60,122 nt of DNA from a virus (IMGVR_UViG_3300046718_000378:1-60122), one strand, 5' to 3'; positions 34,737 to 43,975 are shown, counted from the first letter of the stretch. A program made the numbers and translations. Notes: generated from the sequence alone by a model not told the origin.

Positions 34737-35233
34737 CTAAGAAGAAGACTGCAAAGGTGTTCGGCATCGGTGACCACGTGCGCGTGCTGCCTGCGCACGA
34801 GGATGACCGGGAGGTGGGTTTCGGGATTGTGGTCAAGAAGGGCCACGATGACGGCTGGCTCATCCAGCTGGACAAGAGCGCCGCGGGATACCTCACCTGG
34901 TCCGACCCTGCCCACACCGAGCTCTTGTACAGCGCAGCAGGCGCTGAAGTTGAGGCGCCTGCTGCCAGCGAAGCCACGCCTACCCAGGCCGCCATCGTCG
35001 CCGTGTGCGACGGGCTCAAGGAGTTACTGCTCGAGAAGAACCGTGCCTACGGGAACAGCGCGCTCGACCCCGTGCGCATCTTCTCCAAGGCGTCGGCCGA
35101 GGAGCAGCTGCTGGTCCGCATCGACGACAAGCTGTCCCGGCTGGTGCGCGGGCACGAGTACCCCGGCGATGACACAATCAAAGACCTCGCTGGCTACCTC
35201 GTGTTGTTGCTGGTGGGCCGGAGCAAGCCGTGA
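34733..35233 (+). CDS. All-alpha NTP-PPase-like (Nmad1/DUF1599-like) protein
   Basis: EKNRAYGNSALDPVRIFSK...VRIDDKLSR...DLAGY. Confidence 0.65.
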   Translation: MTKKKTAKVFGIGDHVRVLPAHEDDREVGFGIVVKKGHDDGWLIQLDKSAAGYLTWSDPAHTELLYSAAGAEVEAPAASEATPTQAAIVAVCDGLKELLLEKNRAYGNSALDPVRIFSKASAEEQLLVRIDDKLSRLVRGHEYPGDDTIKDLAGYLVLLLVGRSKP

Positions 35234-35670
35234 CAATCCGCCTACGCCAGACCGAAGACACCGACACCATCATAGAGCTCAACGCTGAAATCTTCCCGTT
35301 CGACGGGGGCATCTCGGTGGAAGAGCTCGACGAGTCCACGTGGTGGGTGGCCGAGGTCGACGGCGAGCTGGCGGGGTTCGGCGGGGTGCAGCTGCTGGAC
35401 GGCAAGGCGTACATGGCGCGTGCGGGAGTGCGCAAGCAGTTCCGTGGCGCCGGCATCCAGCAGCGGCTTATCCGGGTGCGTGCGGCGTACGCCAAGCGCG
35501 CCGGCAAGGCACGCATCTACACGTACGTCTGGGTTGGCAACCTGGCGTCCACCCGGTCGCTGCTTCGGTGCGGGTTCGTACCGTACCACTGGGAGCGTTC
35601 CGAGACGTCACCAGGTCACGAACAAACTTTCGTCTACTACGAGCGGAAGCTGTTGACGAAGGCTGCTTAA
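35230..35670 (+). CDS. GNAT acetyltransferase
   Basis: AGV...FRGAGIQQRLI acetyl-CoA motif; N.AS...L...GF. Confidence 0.88.
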   Translation: MTIRLRQTEDTDTIIELNAEIFPFDGGISVEELDESTWWVAEVDGELAGFGGVQLLDGKAYMARAGVRKQFRGAGIQQRLIRVRAAYAKRAGKARIYTYVWVGNLASTRSLLRCGFVPYHWERSETSPGHEQTFVYYERKLLTKAA

Positions 35671-35688
35671 ACCACCCATCATGGGTAC

Positions 35689-35856
35689 ATGTTTAAGTTG
35701 TTGCTCATCAGGTTGCTCTCACAGATAGCCCCCAAGCGCCGCCCGCCCGTCGACTACTGCAGAGATGCCCTGGTCGACAAGTGCCTGGAGCTCCAGCGCC
35801 GCGTCAACCAGCTGGAACGTATAGTGCGCGAGCTCGACCCAGGGGCGGCACTGTGA
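35689..35856 (+). CDS. Small hypothetical protein
   Basis: 55 aa; CATCAT 6 nt before ATG. Confidence 0.5.
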   Translation: MFKLLLIRLLSQIAPKRRPPVDYCRDALVDKCLELQRRVNQLERIVRELDPGAAL

Positions 35857-36056
35857 TCCCGTCGTTCATCAAACGCAGCTGGGCCTCGTACGCTGACCGG
35901 CTTGTGGGGCAGGCGCGCGAGCTGCAGAGCATCGGCCTGCTGCCCAGGCAGCACGCACGCTACATGGCACAGGACCCGGTATACCAGGCAGGCGGCGCTA
36001 GATGGTCTGTCTACCAGACAGAGCTGCTCCGGTCTAAGGGCAGGGGGCGCGCGTGA
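35853..36056 (+). CDS. Small hypothetical protein
   Basis: GTGA-coupled on both sides. Confidence 0.5.
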   Translation: MIPSFIKRSWASYADRLVGQARELQSIGLLPRQHARYMAQDPVYQAGGARWSVYQTELLRSKGRGRA

Positions 36057-37300
36057 CGCACTATCTTTTTTGGGACGTAGAGACGTTACTAATCCAGCCG
36101 GGCATGACGGCCCCGCCGATCGTCTGCATGTCGTACGCACTCGACAACGGCCCGGCACAGCTGGTGCATGCACGCGACCCGCGCATGGCAGCACTGCTCG
36201 CATGGGGGCTGCAGACCCCAGGCGTGGTGCTCGTAGCCCAAAACGCGGCCTTTGAAGCCGTGTGCACGATAGCGTTCCGCCCGGACTGGGCTGCGCTCGT
36301 AGCCGCCAAGATCGACGCAGGCGAGTGGCGCTGCACGATGCTGCGCGAGAAGCTGCTGCGTATCGGCAAGGGCGACCACCGCGAAGGCTTCGGCCTACAG
36401 GAGTGCCTGCACGCCCACCGGCTGGACATCCTGCTGGACAAGGAAGGCCCCGAGCGGTTGCGGTATGGCACGCTCTGGCACCTACCTGTAGCGGAGTGGC
36501 CGGCGCCGGCCGTCAAGTACGCGCTCGAAGACATCGCGGTGCGCGAGCTCTACCACGCCCAGGCTGCCCAAGGCGCCGAATACTTCGTGAACGAGCGCGA
36601 GCAGATGCAGAACGCCGTCTACCTCGCGTCCACGTCGGCCTGGGGTTTCGCCACTGACGGGGCCACGGCTGCGGTGCTGGTCGAGGAGACCAAGGTCCGC
36701 CTTGAAGAGTACAAGCAAGAGCTCTTGCGCGCGGACCCGCCGCTACTCCGCTACGAGGTCACCAAGGGCGTGCCGCACCCCGTGCGCAACACCAAGGTCG
36801 CCCAGGACCGTATCGTCGCCGCCTACACCAAGCTCGGCCGTGAGCCCCCGCGGGGCGACGTGTCGCCCACGATGCTGATGAAGGCGTACGCCGATGCCGG
36901 CGTGCCGGGGTCGCCCACGTGGACCAAGGAACAGAAGAAGCGGGTCAAGGTCACGGCGAAGATGATCCAAGAAGCCATCGAAGACGGCTGCGATCCTGCC
37001 GCACTGGTCGGTAACATCTCGTGCGACAAGGACTCGTGCCTGCTGTCACGCGACCCGCTGCTGCTCGCCTACTCGGCCTACGGCCAGGCAGACGGCCTGC
37101 TCGGCAAGGCCCGCCGCCCGCTGCGTGCAGCCGAGGCAGGCAAACCCATCCAGCCGTTCTACAACCCCATCGTAAACACTGGGCGCACGTCGGTGTCGCA
37201 AGGTGAAGACCCGGACGACGGCGAAGCCTGGACTACGTACGGTGCACAGGTGCAAAACCTGCCACGCGCAGGCGAGATTGTGGAGTCAGCAGATGTCTAA
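36053..37300 (+). CDS. polA: DNA polymerase A, N-terminal part (3'-5' exonuclease + thumb)
   Basis: ExoI WDVET, ExoII QNAAFE, ExoIII YALED; TGRTS; QNLPR. Confidence 0.88.
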   Translation: MTHYLFWDVETLLIQPGMTAPPIVCMSYALDNGPAQLVHARDPRMAALLAWGLQTPGVVLVAQNAAFEAVCTIAFRPDWAALVAAKIDAGEWRCTMLREKLLRIGKGDHREGFGLQECLHAHRLDILLDKEGPERLRYGTLWHLPVAEWPAPAVKYALEDIAVRELYHAQAAQGAEYFVNEREQMQNAVYLASTSAWGFATDGATAAVLVEETKVRLEEYKQELLRADPPLLRYEVTKGVPHPVRNTKVAQDRIVAAYTKLGREPPRGDVSPTMLMKAYADAGVPGSPTWTKEQKKRVKVTAKMIQEAIEDGCDPAALVGNISCDKDSCLLSRDPLLLAYSAYGQADGLLGKARRPLRAAEAGKPIQPFYNPIVNTGRTSVSQGEDPDDGEAWTTYGAQVQNLPRAGEIVESADV

Positions 37301-38234
37301 AATCGTGAAGCTGGGGATACGTGAGCAGTTCGTCGCCCGCGCCGGCCACGCGCTGGTGTCCGTGGACTTTGATTCCTTTGAGCTCCGCACATGGGCGCAG
37401 TGCTGCCTGTGGATTCTGAAGTACAGCGAGCTCGCCAACATCCTGAACAACCCGAAGCGCTGCCCCCACGTGGAGATGGGCACGTACCTACGCAACCAGC
37501 TGGGCACCGGCGACTGGGCCACCAAGTACGCATGGGGGTACGGACTCAAGGGCAAGGAGCGGTTGAAGTTGCGCGGTCTCGCAAAGGGACCTAACTTCGG
37601 CTTGCCAGGCGGCATGGGGGCTGCACGCCTGCAGGACTATTGCTACTCCAACTACGCGGAGGAGCTCACACTGGAGCAGGCCCAGCTAGCGTGTCGCGTC
37701 TGGCGCGAGATCTACCCAGAAGCCCAGCCGTACCTGGACTGGGTGTCAGAGCAGGTGGGCAAGAAGCGCGGCTCGCGCAGCACCATCGAGCAGTTCGTCA
37801 GCAAGCGCCTACGAGGCGACGTGGGGTTCACGGACGCGTCGAACGGGTACTTCCAAGGGCTCGCTGCCGACGCCGCCAAGGCGGCCGGCTGGGCGCTCTG
37901 GAAGGAGGCGTACGTGAACAAGGCGTCCCCGCTGTACGGCTGCAGGCCGCTCGCCTTCATCCATGACGAGCACATCTTCGAAATCCCGCTGGACCGACTG
38001 CACGAAGCGGCCTACCACATGGCGAAGGTGCAGCAGGCGGCGGCCCAGGCGTACTGCCCGGACGTGGCCATTACTTGTGGCCCGGCAGCGATGTACCGCT
38101 GGTCGAAGTCAGGCGGAGACCCCGTGCACAACAAAGCAGGCGAGCTCATCTGTTTCGAGGAAGCCCCCGGCTACACTGGTGCCCCGCCGCCAGCGTGTAA
38201 CCTCGCCAACTGGGAACGTCGAAAGGCTGCATAG
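37293..38234 (+). CDS. polA: DNA polymerase A, C-terminal part (palm/fingers)
   Basis: Motif A DFDSFELR, motif B RGLAKGPNFG, FQG.AAD, motif C IHDE; own SD GGAG. Confidence 0.9.
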   Translation: MSKIVKLGIREQFVARAGHALVSVDFDSFELRTWAQCCLWILKYSELANILNNPKRCPHVEMGTYLRNQLGTGDWATKYAWGYGLKGKERLKLRGLAKGPNFGLPGGMGAARLQDYCYSNYAEELTLEQAQLACRVWREIYPEAQPYLDWVSEQVGKKRGSRSTIEQFVSKRLRGDVGFTDASNGYFQGLAADAAKAAGWALWKEAYVNKASPLYGCRPLAFIHDEHIFEIPLDRLHEAAYHMAKVQQAAAQAYCPDVAITCGPAAMYRWSKSGGDPVHNKAGELICFEEAPGYTGAPPPACNLANWERRKAA

Positions 38235-38273
38235 TGGTTGCGCCCGTAGCCCGTCGTGACGCACGATGGGTGG

Positions 38274-38474
38274 ATGAAGTACGCCGTTATATGCCGCCAA
38301 CCCCGAGACCCGAACGCCGAGACGATCATGCTCGGCCGAGTGTTCGATGACATCACCACCGCCCGCTTCGTTGCAGCCCGGCTTAGGTCGGACTTCACGG
38401 ACGTGGAGCTGGTAGCCGTCGACCACACGGACCAAATCACCTGGCGCACCCAGTCCATGCCGCGTGGCGTATGA
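38274..38474 (+). CDS. Hypothetical protein
   Basis: 66 aa; CACGAT 6 nt before ATG. Confidence 0.55.
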   Translation: MKYAVICRQPRDPNAETIMLGRVFDDITTARFVAARLRSDFTDVELVAVDHTDQITWRTQSMPRGV

Positions 38475-39067
38475 CTGCGCTGCTAGCCATAGACCCCGGC
38501 GCGTGCGCAGGCTGGGCGTGGTTCGAGGACGGCGTGCTCGTCCGGTGCGGGTTGTCGCGGACCAAAGGGAAGACCCCCGTCGCCCGCATCAAAGACCACC
38601 GCTGCCGACTCCAGGTGGAGCTGGAGCGTGCCAGCACCATCGCCGTGGAGCGCGCCACCTACCGTGGTGGGCGCAAGGGCGCAGCGCGCGCTATGACCCC
38701 GGCGCAGCTGGCGGACTTCAACCTGGTGGCCGGCGCGCTGTGCGTAGGGCTGCAGGCGGACCCCGTGCTCTACACGCCGGACGAGTGGAAGGGCAAGGTG
38801 CCGAAGGACACCCACCAGCCCCGCATCTGGGCCGCGTTGACCGCCGACGAACGCGCGCTGTTGGAAGCCGTGCAGCCGCCGTCCCTGCGCAACAACGCCG
38901 TGGACGCCGTGGGCATCGGGCTGTTCCACCTCGGTCGCCTGCAACGCAAGCCGGTGACGAAAGCGCCTGCCGTCCGTAAGCCGGCACGCAAGACCAAACG
39001 AAAGACCACCACGAAGCCAGCGCGCAAGGGCAAGCTGGTGTTGTTCTCGATGAAGAAGGCGGCCTAG
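38471..39067 (+). CDS. RuvC-like Holliday junction resolvase
   Basis: LAIDPG..GWA, AVE, P.EWKG, DAVGI; basic tail. Confidence 0.82.
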   Translation: MTALLAIDPGACAGWAWFEDGVLVRCGLSRTKGKTPVARIKDHRCRLQVELERASTIAVERATYRGGRKGAARAMTPAQLADFNLVAGALCVGLQADPVLYTPDEWKGKVPKDTHQPRIWAALTADERALLEAVQPPSLRNNAVDAVGIGLFHLGRLQRKPVTKAPAVRKPARKTKRKTTTKPARKGKLVLFSMKKAA

Positions 39068-39069
39068 CG

Positions 39070-39765
39070 ATGAGCAAGCGAACCCAGGCAGCGGCGGCAG
39101 TGCACGCCGCGACAGCGAACATACCCGTGGCGGCGACCCAATCGCGCGCCGAAGCGGCCAGCATCGTGGCCGTGGACCGCCACCGACTGGCCGAGACCGA
39201 GGCCCAGTGGCGCGCGGGCGTCGCCGAGCTGGCGGCCCTCCAGTTCGAGACCTTGGAGCAGGAGCAGTGGGGCGGCGCCAAGCTCAAGGAAGTTCAGGCG
39301 CTGTTCAACACGTACGAAGCCGAGCGCACTGAGCTCACAAAGCCGATGAACGCCCAGCTGCGCGAAGTGAACGCCGCCTTCAAGCCGGTGCTGTCCGCGC
39401 TTGAGGAGGCCAAGTCTGTCCTGGCCACCAAGCTGTCGGACGCCGCTACGGCCCGTGGGCGGCTCGCTGCGGCCCAGCGCGAAGCTGCGGTGCTCGCTGC
39501 CCAGGCAGGCGACACAGCGGGCTGCCAGCAGGCGCTGGCGGCCATTGCTGACGACGTCAAGGTTGCCGGGGTCGCCACCGTTTGGTCGTGGGACTACGCC
39601 GTGGCCGACTTCGCCGTACTGTCGGACGCCTTCAAGGCCGTGAACGACAAGACCCTCAAGGATTTGTGCAAGGCGTTCAAGGACAAGGAAACCGCCCCGG
39701 TCGTACCGGGCGTTACATTCACGCGCTCAGCCAAAGTGCAACCGGCTGGTGGAGGAACCAGGTGA
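39070..39765 (+). CDS. Coiled-coil hypothetical protein
   Basis: 231 aa; ELTKP...NAAFKP, PGVTF. Confidence 0.7.
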   Translation: MSKRTQAAAAVHAATANIPVAATQSRAEAASIVAVDRHRLAETEAQWRAGVAELAALQFETLEQEQWGGAKLKEVQALFNTYEAERTELTKPMNAQLREVNAAFKPVLSALEEAKSVLATKLSDAATARGRLAAAQREAAVLAAQAGDTAGCQQALAAIADDVKVAGVATVWSWDYAVADFAVLSDAFKAVNDKTLKDLCKAFKDKETAPVVPGVTFTRSAKVQPAGGGTR

Positions 39766-40004
39766 ACGAGTACCAAGATATATCAATCGACACCATCGAC
39801 CACCGCGGCTGCATGGGGGCGTTCGTCATGTCGCGCCCGGACGGCAGCTCCTTCGCTATCCCGTTCGTGTACGACGGTAAGACCAAGCAGCTGTCTATGC
39901 ACCCGGACTACCTGTCCGAGGCCGCTGCGTTCAACACCACGTTCCATGCAGAAGTTCGCGAAGCGTGGCTGGCCCACCGCGACACCCTTAGGAGCATGCA
40001 CTGA
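39762..40004 (+). CDS. Hypothetical protein
   Basis: GTG start with SD GGAGG. Confidence 0.6.
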   Translation: MNEYQDISIDTIDHRGCMGAFVMSRPDGSSFAIPFVYDGKTKQLSMHPDYLSEAAAFNTTFHAEVREAWLAHRDTLRSMH

Positions 40005-40147
40005 TGTTACGCCTAACGCCCTGGCGCTGGGTTACGCGCGCCCGCCGCTGGAATGCCTACGCAGATCAGCTCGTCACCTGGGAACACCACCCAGGCTTCA
40101 ATCACTTCCCGCTCATGTATGATGCAACCGGAAGGCAGTTCCGATGA
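40004..40147 (+). CDS. Small hypothetical protein (47 aa)
   Basis: TGATG- and ATGA-coupled; SD AGGAG. Confidence 0.5.
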   Translation: MLRLTPWRWVTRARRWNAYADQLVTWEHHPGFNHFPLMYDATGRQFR

Positions 40148-41067
40148 CCAGCTTCAAGCCAATGCTCGCGGCCAAAACACCCGGCCCCGACTTCAACTAC
40201 TTCTCCCGCGGCCCGGTGCTCGTGTCGCCGAAGATTGACGGCGTACGCGCCATCGTCCGGGACGGCAAGCTCGTGTCCCGCGCGCTCAAGCCCATCCCGA
40301 ACAAACACACCCAGGCGCTGTTCGGCCGCCCCGAGCTCGAAGGACTGGACGGCGAGCTGGTGGTAGGCAGCCCGCGCGGCAACGACGTCATGCAGCGGAC
40401 TACGTCTGGGGTCATGAGCATTGCCGGCGAGCCGGACGTAACGTTCTGGGTCTTCGACGACACGTCCGAGGACGAGGGCTTCTACGCGCGGCTGGCCCTG
40501 GCAGAGGAGCGCCTGAAGTACAACGCCGTCGCCCACGCAACGCCCGTGTACCATACGACCGTCACCCACCAGCAACAGCTGGACGACTTGGAGGCGTACT
40601 TCCTGGACCTGGGCTACGAAGGCGCCATGGTTCGGGCGATGCACGGCGCCTACAAGCAGGGCCGGTCGACCGCCAAGGAGGGCGGGTTGATCAAGCTCAA
40701 GCGCTTCGAGGACTCGGAAGCCGTCGTAGTCGGCTACGAAGAGCGCATGCACAACGGCAACGTGGCGACCGTCGACAACCTGGGGCACACCAAGCGGTCC
40801 ACCCACCAGGCCAACAAGACCGGGCTCGGCGACCTAGGCGCGCTGGTGTGTGCTGTAGACTCCGCCAACTACTTCGGAGGGGACACCCGCACGTTCAACA
40901 TCGGCACCGGCTTCACTGCCGAGCAACGCCAGGAGCTGTGGCTGGTCCGGGAGTCCCTGCCTGGGCGCATCGCCAAGTTCCGCCACTTCGCCGCAGCTGG
41001 CGTAAAGGATGCGCCAAGGTTCCCTGTTTTCGTAGGCTTCCGCAACCCACTGGACATGTCCACATGA
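40144..41067 (+). CDS. lig: ATP-dependent DNA ligase
   Basis: KPMLA, KIDGVR, LDGE, VFD, YEGAM, KLK, RFPVF. Confidence 0.93.
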   Translation: MTSFKPMLAAKTPGPDFNYFSRGPVLVSPKIDGVRAIVRDGKLVSRALKPIPNKHTQALFGRPELEGLDGELVVGSPRGNDVMQRTTSGVMSIAGEPDVTFWVFDDTSEDEGFYARLALAEERLKYNAVAHATPVYHTTVTHQQQLDDLEAYFLDLGYEGAMVRAMHGAYKQGRSTAKEGGLIKLKRFEDSEAVVVGYEERMHNGNVATVDNLGHTKRSTHQANKTGLGDLGALVCAVDSANYFGGDTRTFNIGTGFTAEQRQELWLVRESLPGRIAKFRHFAAAGVKDAPRFPVFVGFRNPLDMST

Positions 41068-41243
41068 ACAAGTACGCAATAGCAATCCTGGTCCTGGCTG
41101 GCTGCGCGAGCCGCCCTGCCTCCGTGACGGTGCCCACCAAGCACACTGTCCAGACGTGCACCGTCACGTGCACGCCGCCCATCAACTACGATGAGCACGC
41201 CCCGCCGTTGCCGGCCGCGGTCTGCGAAACGGTGTGCCGATGA
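41064..41243 (+). CDS. Small Cys-containing lipoprotein
   Basis: MNKYAIAILVLAGC lipobox. Confidence 0.65.
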   Translation: MNKYAIAILVLAGCASRPASVTVPTKHTVQTCTVTCTPPINYDEHAPPLPAAVCETVCR

Positions 41244-41473
41244 CCCTGGTACAGCTGTCCATCGGGCTCGGCCTAGCCCTGGCTGCCGTGCGCTGCTTCC
41301 CGGTCGAGCCCGCCCACGCCAAGGCACCTGCGCCTCCCGAGGTCACCATCTACGGTCCCGTGGAGTGCCGCACGCAGTCCAAGTGCACTGACACCGCCTG
41401 CTACACCTGGACGATCTGCAAGCGCCGCATTTGCGACGCCAACGGTTGCCGTACCGAGGAGCGCTGGCTATGA
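41240..41473 (+). CDS. Small secreted Cys-rich protein
   Basis: Signal-like N-terminus ending AHA; six Cys in C-terminal 35 aa. Confidence 0.6.
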   Translation: MTLVQLSIGLGLALAAVRCFPVEPAHAKAPAPPEVTIYGPVECRTQSKCTDTACYTWTICKRRICDANGCRTEERWL

Positions 41474-41574
41474 CCCGCCCGAACCCACTGCACACCGCAG
41501 CCGTGCTGGCGCCGGTCGGCGCCTTCTGCTGGTACCTGTTGTTCTGTTTGGCAGCTGCCGTCACCGGCTGTTAG
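41470..41574 (+). CDS. Small membrane peptide (34 aa)
   Basis: ATGA-coupled; hydrophobic segment. Confidence 0.45.
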   Translation: MTRPNPLHTAAVLAPVGAFCWYLLFCLAAAVTGC

Positions 41575-41613
41575 TAGTTGCGTCGTGGAGCCCTTGGCGC
41601 GCATGCTTAGTAC

Positions 41614-41865
41614 ATGCACATCGCCAAGGGCTCCATGGTCGAGACGATAACCGCAACCTACTGGAAGCACTCCAGCCCTGGCCGCGCACGAGTTGAACGT
41701 GGCGCACGAGGCCGGGTCATCGACGTCATCCACAAGGACATGGGCCTCGTGGTGGTCAAGGTGCGTTTCACCGAGCACCGAACGCCTGGAGCCAAGGACG
41801 TGGACCTGGTGCTCGCGCCGTCTATGCTGCGGGTAATCCCGTCGCCTTGCGGTACTCTACGATGA
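41614..41865 (+). CDS. Hypothetical protein
   Basis: 83 aa; CATGCT 6 nt before ATG; converges on endolysin. Confidence 0.55.
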   Translation: MHIAKGSMVETITATYWKHSSPGRARVERGARGRVIDVIHKDMGLVVVKVRFTEHRTPGAKDVDLVLAPSMLRVIPSPCGTLR

Positions 41866-42283
41866 CGCGGTCGCGGTCGGCTGCCGATGCTTCGGCGGTG
41901 CCCAGCGCCCGGATCTTGTTCTGCCACCGCCCCACAGGCACGGCCTGGAAGTGCGGCAGGTCGCCTACCGGACCCATGCAGCAGCCATCGGCCAGGTAGA
42001 CCTCACGCAGGCGGCGGTAGAACTTGCACTTCTGCGCGGCGCATGACCACCCGTGCACGTTGCAGATGACGTCGCACGCCGCGCCGTACAAATGCAAACT
42101 GTTCAATATTCCCGTGCCCTTGGCTGCGTTTCGGGCGGCTTCTTCCAAGGTGCGCAAGGTGTCAAACACCACGGGTTCGAAGCCCAATGCCTGCATGCGG
42201 GCAACCACCCGGACCACAGAAGCACGGAACGTCGGCAGCAGCAGGTCGACGTCGTCCTGGCGGTACTTGAGCTTGTAGGTCAT
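41822..42283 (-). CDS. Endolysin, M15-family zinc peptidase
   Basis: TLRT, SLHLYGAACD, DLPHFQ. Confidence 0.8.
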   Translation of the reverse strand: MTYKLKYRQDDVDLLLPTFRASVVRVVARMQALGFEPVVFDTLRTLEEAARNAAKGTGILNSLHLYGAACDVICNVHGWSCAAQKCKFYRRLREVYLADGCCMGPVGDLPHFQAVPVGRWQNKIRALGTAEASAADRDRVIVEYRKATGLPAA

Positions 42284-43050
42284 CGCACTTGGTCCAGCTC
42301 GTAGTCGGCCACGGCGTACCAGTCGGGTACGTGCCACGGGAACATCAGGGACCCAGGCGCATCACTATGGTCCAGCCCTAGCGCGTGGCCCAGCTCGTGC
42401 GCAGCTACCTGCGGGTGACACAGGCGTAGCTCTACGTCCGCGGCCACCAGCTCTCCGGTTGCCTTGGTGCGCACGAAGTACGTTATGCCGGCGACGGGGT
42501 CCACGAGGGGCGTCTGGGTGATGCGGATGGTGCCCAGCCCAGGCTCGGGCGGGTTGATGTACAGCACCGGCTCCAGGTAGTCTACGCGCTCCATCCAGAA
42601 CGCCAGCGCATCGGTAGCGGCGGCCAGGCACGCCGGCTCCATGCGGGCGTCTACGAGCACCGTGACGGGCCGCAGGGCGTCGGGCCAGGTGTGGGTGTGT
42701 TCGACAGCGGCGCAGCCGGCTATGGTCACCGCAGCCACGGCAGGCGCCAGGTACTTGCCGAAGTGTTCCCACATCCACAAGGCGGCGGACACCGCGAGCA
42801 TGATGCCGCCCGTGGAGTAGATGACCTTGGCCTGGGCCTTCTCTAGGGCCTCGACACGCGTGGTGAGCGGCTGCAGGGACTCGGCCACTGCGGATTTGAT
42901 TACGTCACGCATGGCCGCTTCTCGTTCGTCGCGCAGGTCTTCTTCGCGGTCGTTCCGCTCCCGCAATCCCTTGATCTGCTCCTCGATGCGCGCCTGGCCG
43001 ATGGCTATGGCAAGCAGCGACGGGTCGCCTGGCAGATGATCCGTGCCCAC
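42280..43050 (-). CDS. Coiled-coil/TM protein fused to matrixin (M10) metalloprotease
   Basis: HELGHALGLDH plus Met-turn SLM; TM segment; IAGC lipobox-like. Confidence 0.8.
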   Translation of the reverse strand: MGTDHLPGDPSLLAIAIGQARIEEQIKGLRERNDREEDLRDEREAAMRDVIKSAVAESLQPLTTRVEALEKAQAKVIYSTGGIMLAVSAALWMWEHFGKYLAPAVAAVTIAGCAAVEHTHTWPDALRPVTVLVDARMEPACLAAATDALAFWMERVDYLEPVLYINPPEPGLGTIRITQTPLVDPVAGITYFVRTKATGELVAADVELRLCHPQVAAHELGHALGLDHSDAPGSLMFPWHVPDWYAVADYELDQVR

Positions 43051-43051
43051 G

Positions 43052-43960
43052 TCACTTGACCGTGAGCCAGTTGTTCGTGGCGTGCACCTGCGCCCAGCCC
43101 AAGAGGGCGGACGAAGACGTGACCTGCGTACCGCTGTCGAACAGCACCGTGTACGTGGCGCCAGCGTTGTCTACCAGCTCCGGGGCTCCCAGGGCCAGGG
43201 AGACGGTGCTGAGGGCGGCGCCGGCTGTAACCGTTACGGACCCAAGGTTCGTGGTGCTGGCGATGCCGCCTGTGCCTGTGTTCGGGACGACCTTCCACAC
43301 GGTGATCGTGCTGTCGTTGTCTACCGTGGGGCGAAAGCCGAAGCGCAGGGAGTCGAAGGACGTGCCATAGGGCAACGAGAGGGGCAGTTGCACCGCTCCT
43401 GAGTTGCCGGCAGCGCCACGGAACGTAATCCCGGTCAGCACGTTGCGGGAATATACGCTGGTGGCCGGCTCCGCGACGTCCGTAACAGCGTGGGCAAGTC
43501 CTACGAACCGCCACTCCGCCACCGGCGCCGAGATGAACACGGCTTCGTTGGCGCCGCCTAGGGACAGCCCGGCGTTACAAAGCGCGGCGCCGTTCAGCGT
43601 GGTCGCGCCGGCAACAACCAGCGTGCTGTTGGCCGTTGCGGCGCCGTCCATCTGGATCGTGGAGTTGCACTCGACGGTGCCGTTGAACGTCTCTGCGCCC
43701 GCGTGGGTGTTGGCGCCGGTGAAGGCGAAGTTGCTCGCCAGGAACTGGGCATCCGTAGCCAGGCCGTCCAGGTACACGACCCACGTATAGATGAGATTCA
43801 GGAGCCAGTTGTACCAACGCGCCGGGGCGTACTTGCCGGGCACGAAGCCCTGCTGCTTGACGCCCAAGGAAGGCTCCAGCTTTACAGTCTGGCCGGACTC
43901 AGTGCCAGTCGCGAGGTTGGTATCGGTTCCCCAGACGGGGAGCGTGACTGGTTTGGCCAT
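43052..43960 (-). CDS. Tail fibre protein
   Basis: N-terminal W..GF.PG...PARW.NWL fibre-attachment motif; after baseplate genes. Confidence 0.7.
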   Translation of the reverse strand: MAKPVTLPVWGTDTNLATGTESGQTVKLEPSLGVKQQGFVPGKYAPARWYNWLLNLIYTWVVYLDGLATDAQFLASNFAFTGANTHAGAETFNGTVECNSTIQMDGAATANSTLVVAGATTLNGAALCNAGLSLGGANEAVFISAPVAEWRFVGLAHAVTDVAEPATSVYSRNVLTGITFRGAAGNSGAVQLPLSLPYGTSFDSLRFGFRPTVDNDSTITVWKVVPNTGTGGIASTTNLGSVTVTAGAALSTVSLALGAPELVDNAGATYTVLFDSGTQVTSSSALLGWAQVHATNNWLTVK

Positions 43961-43975
43961 ACCCGTAGGGTAGCA

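Noticed and set aside
37255-37320. Group I intron or intein at the PolA split
   Set aside because: Only about 17 extra codons between conserved motifs; no room or motifs for either
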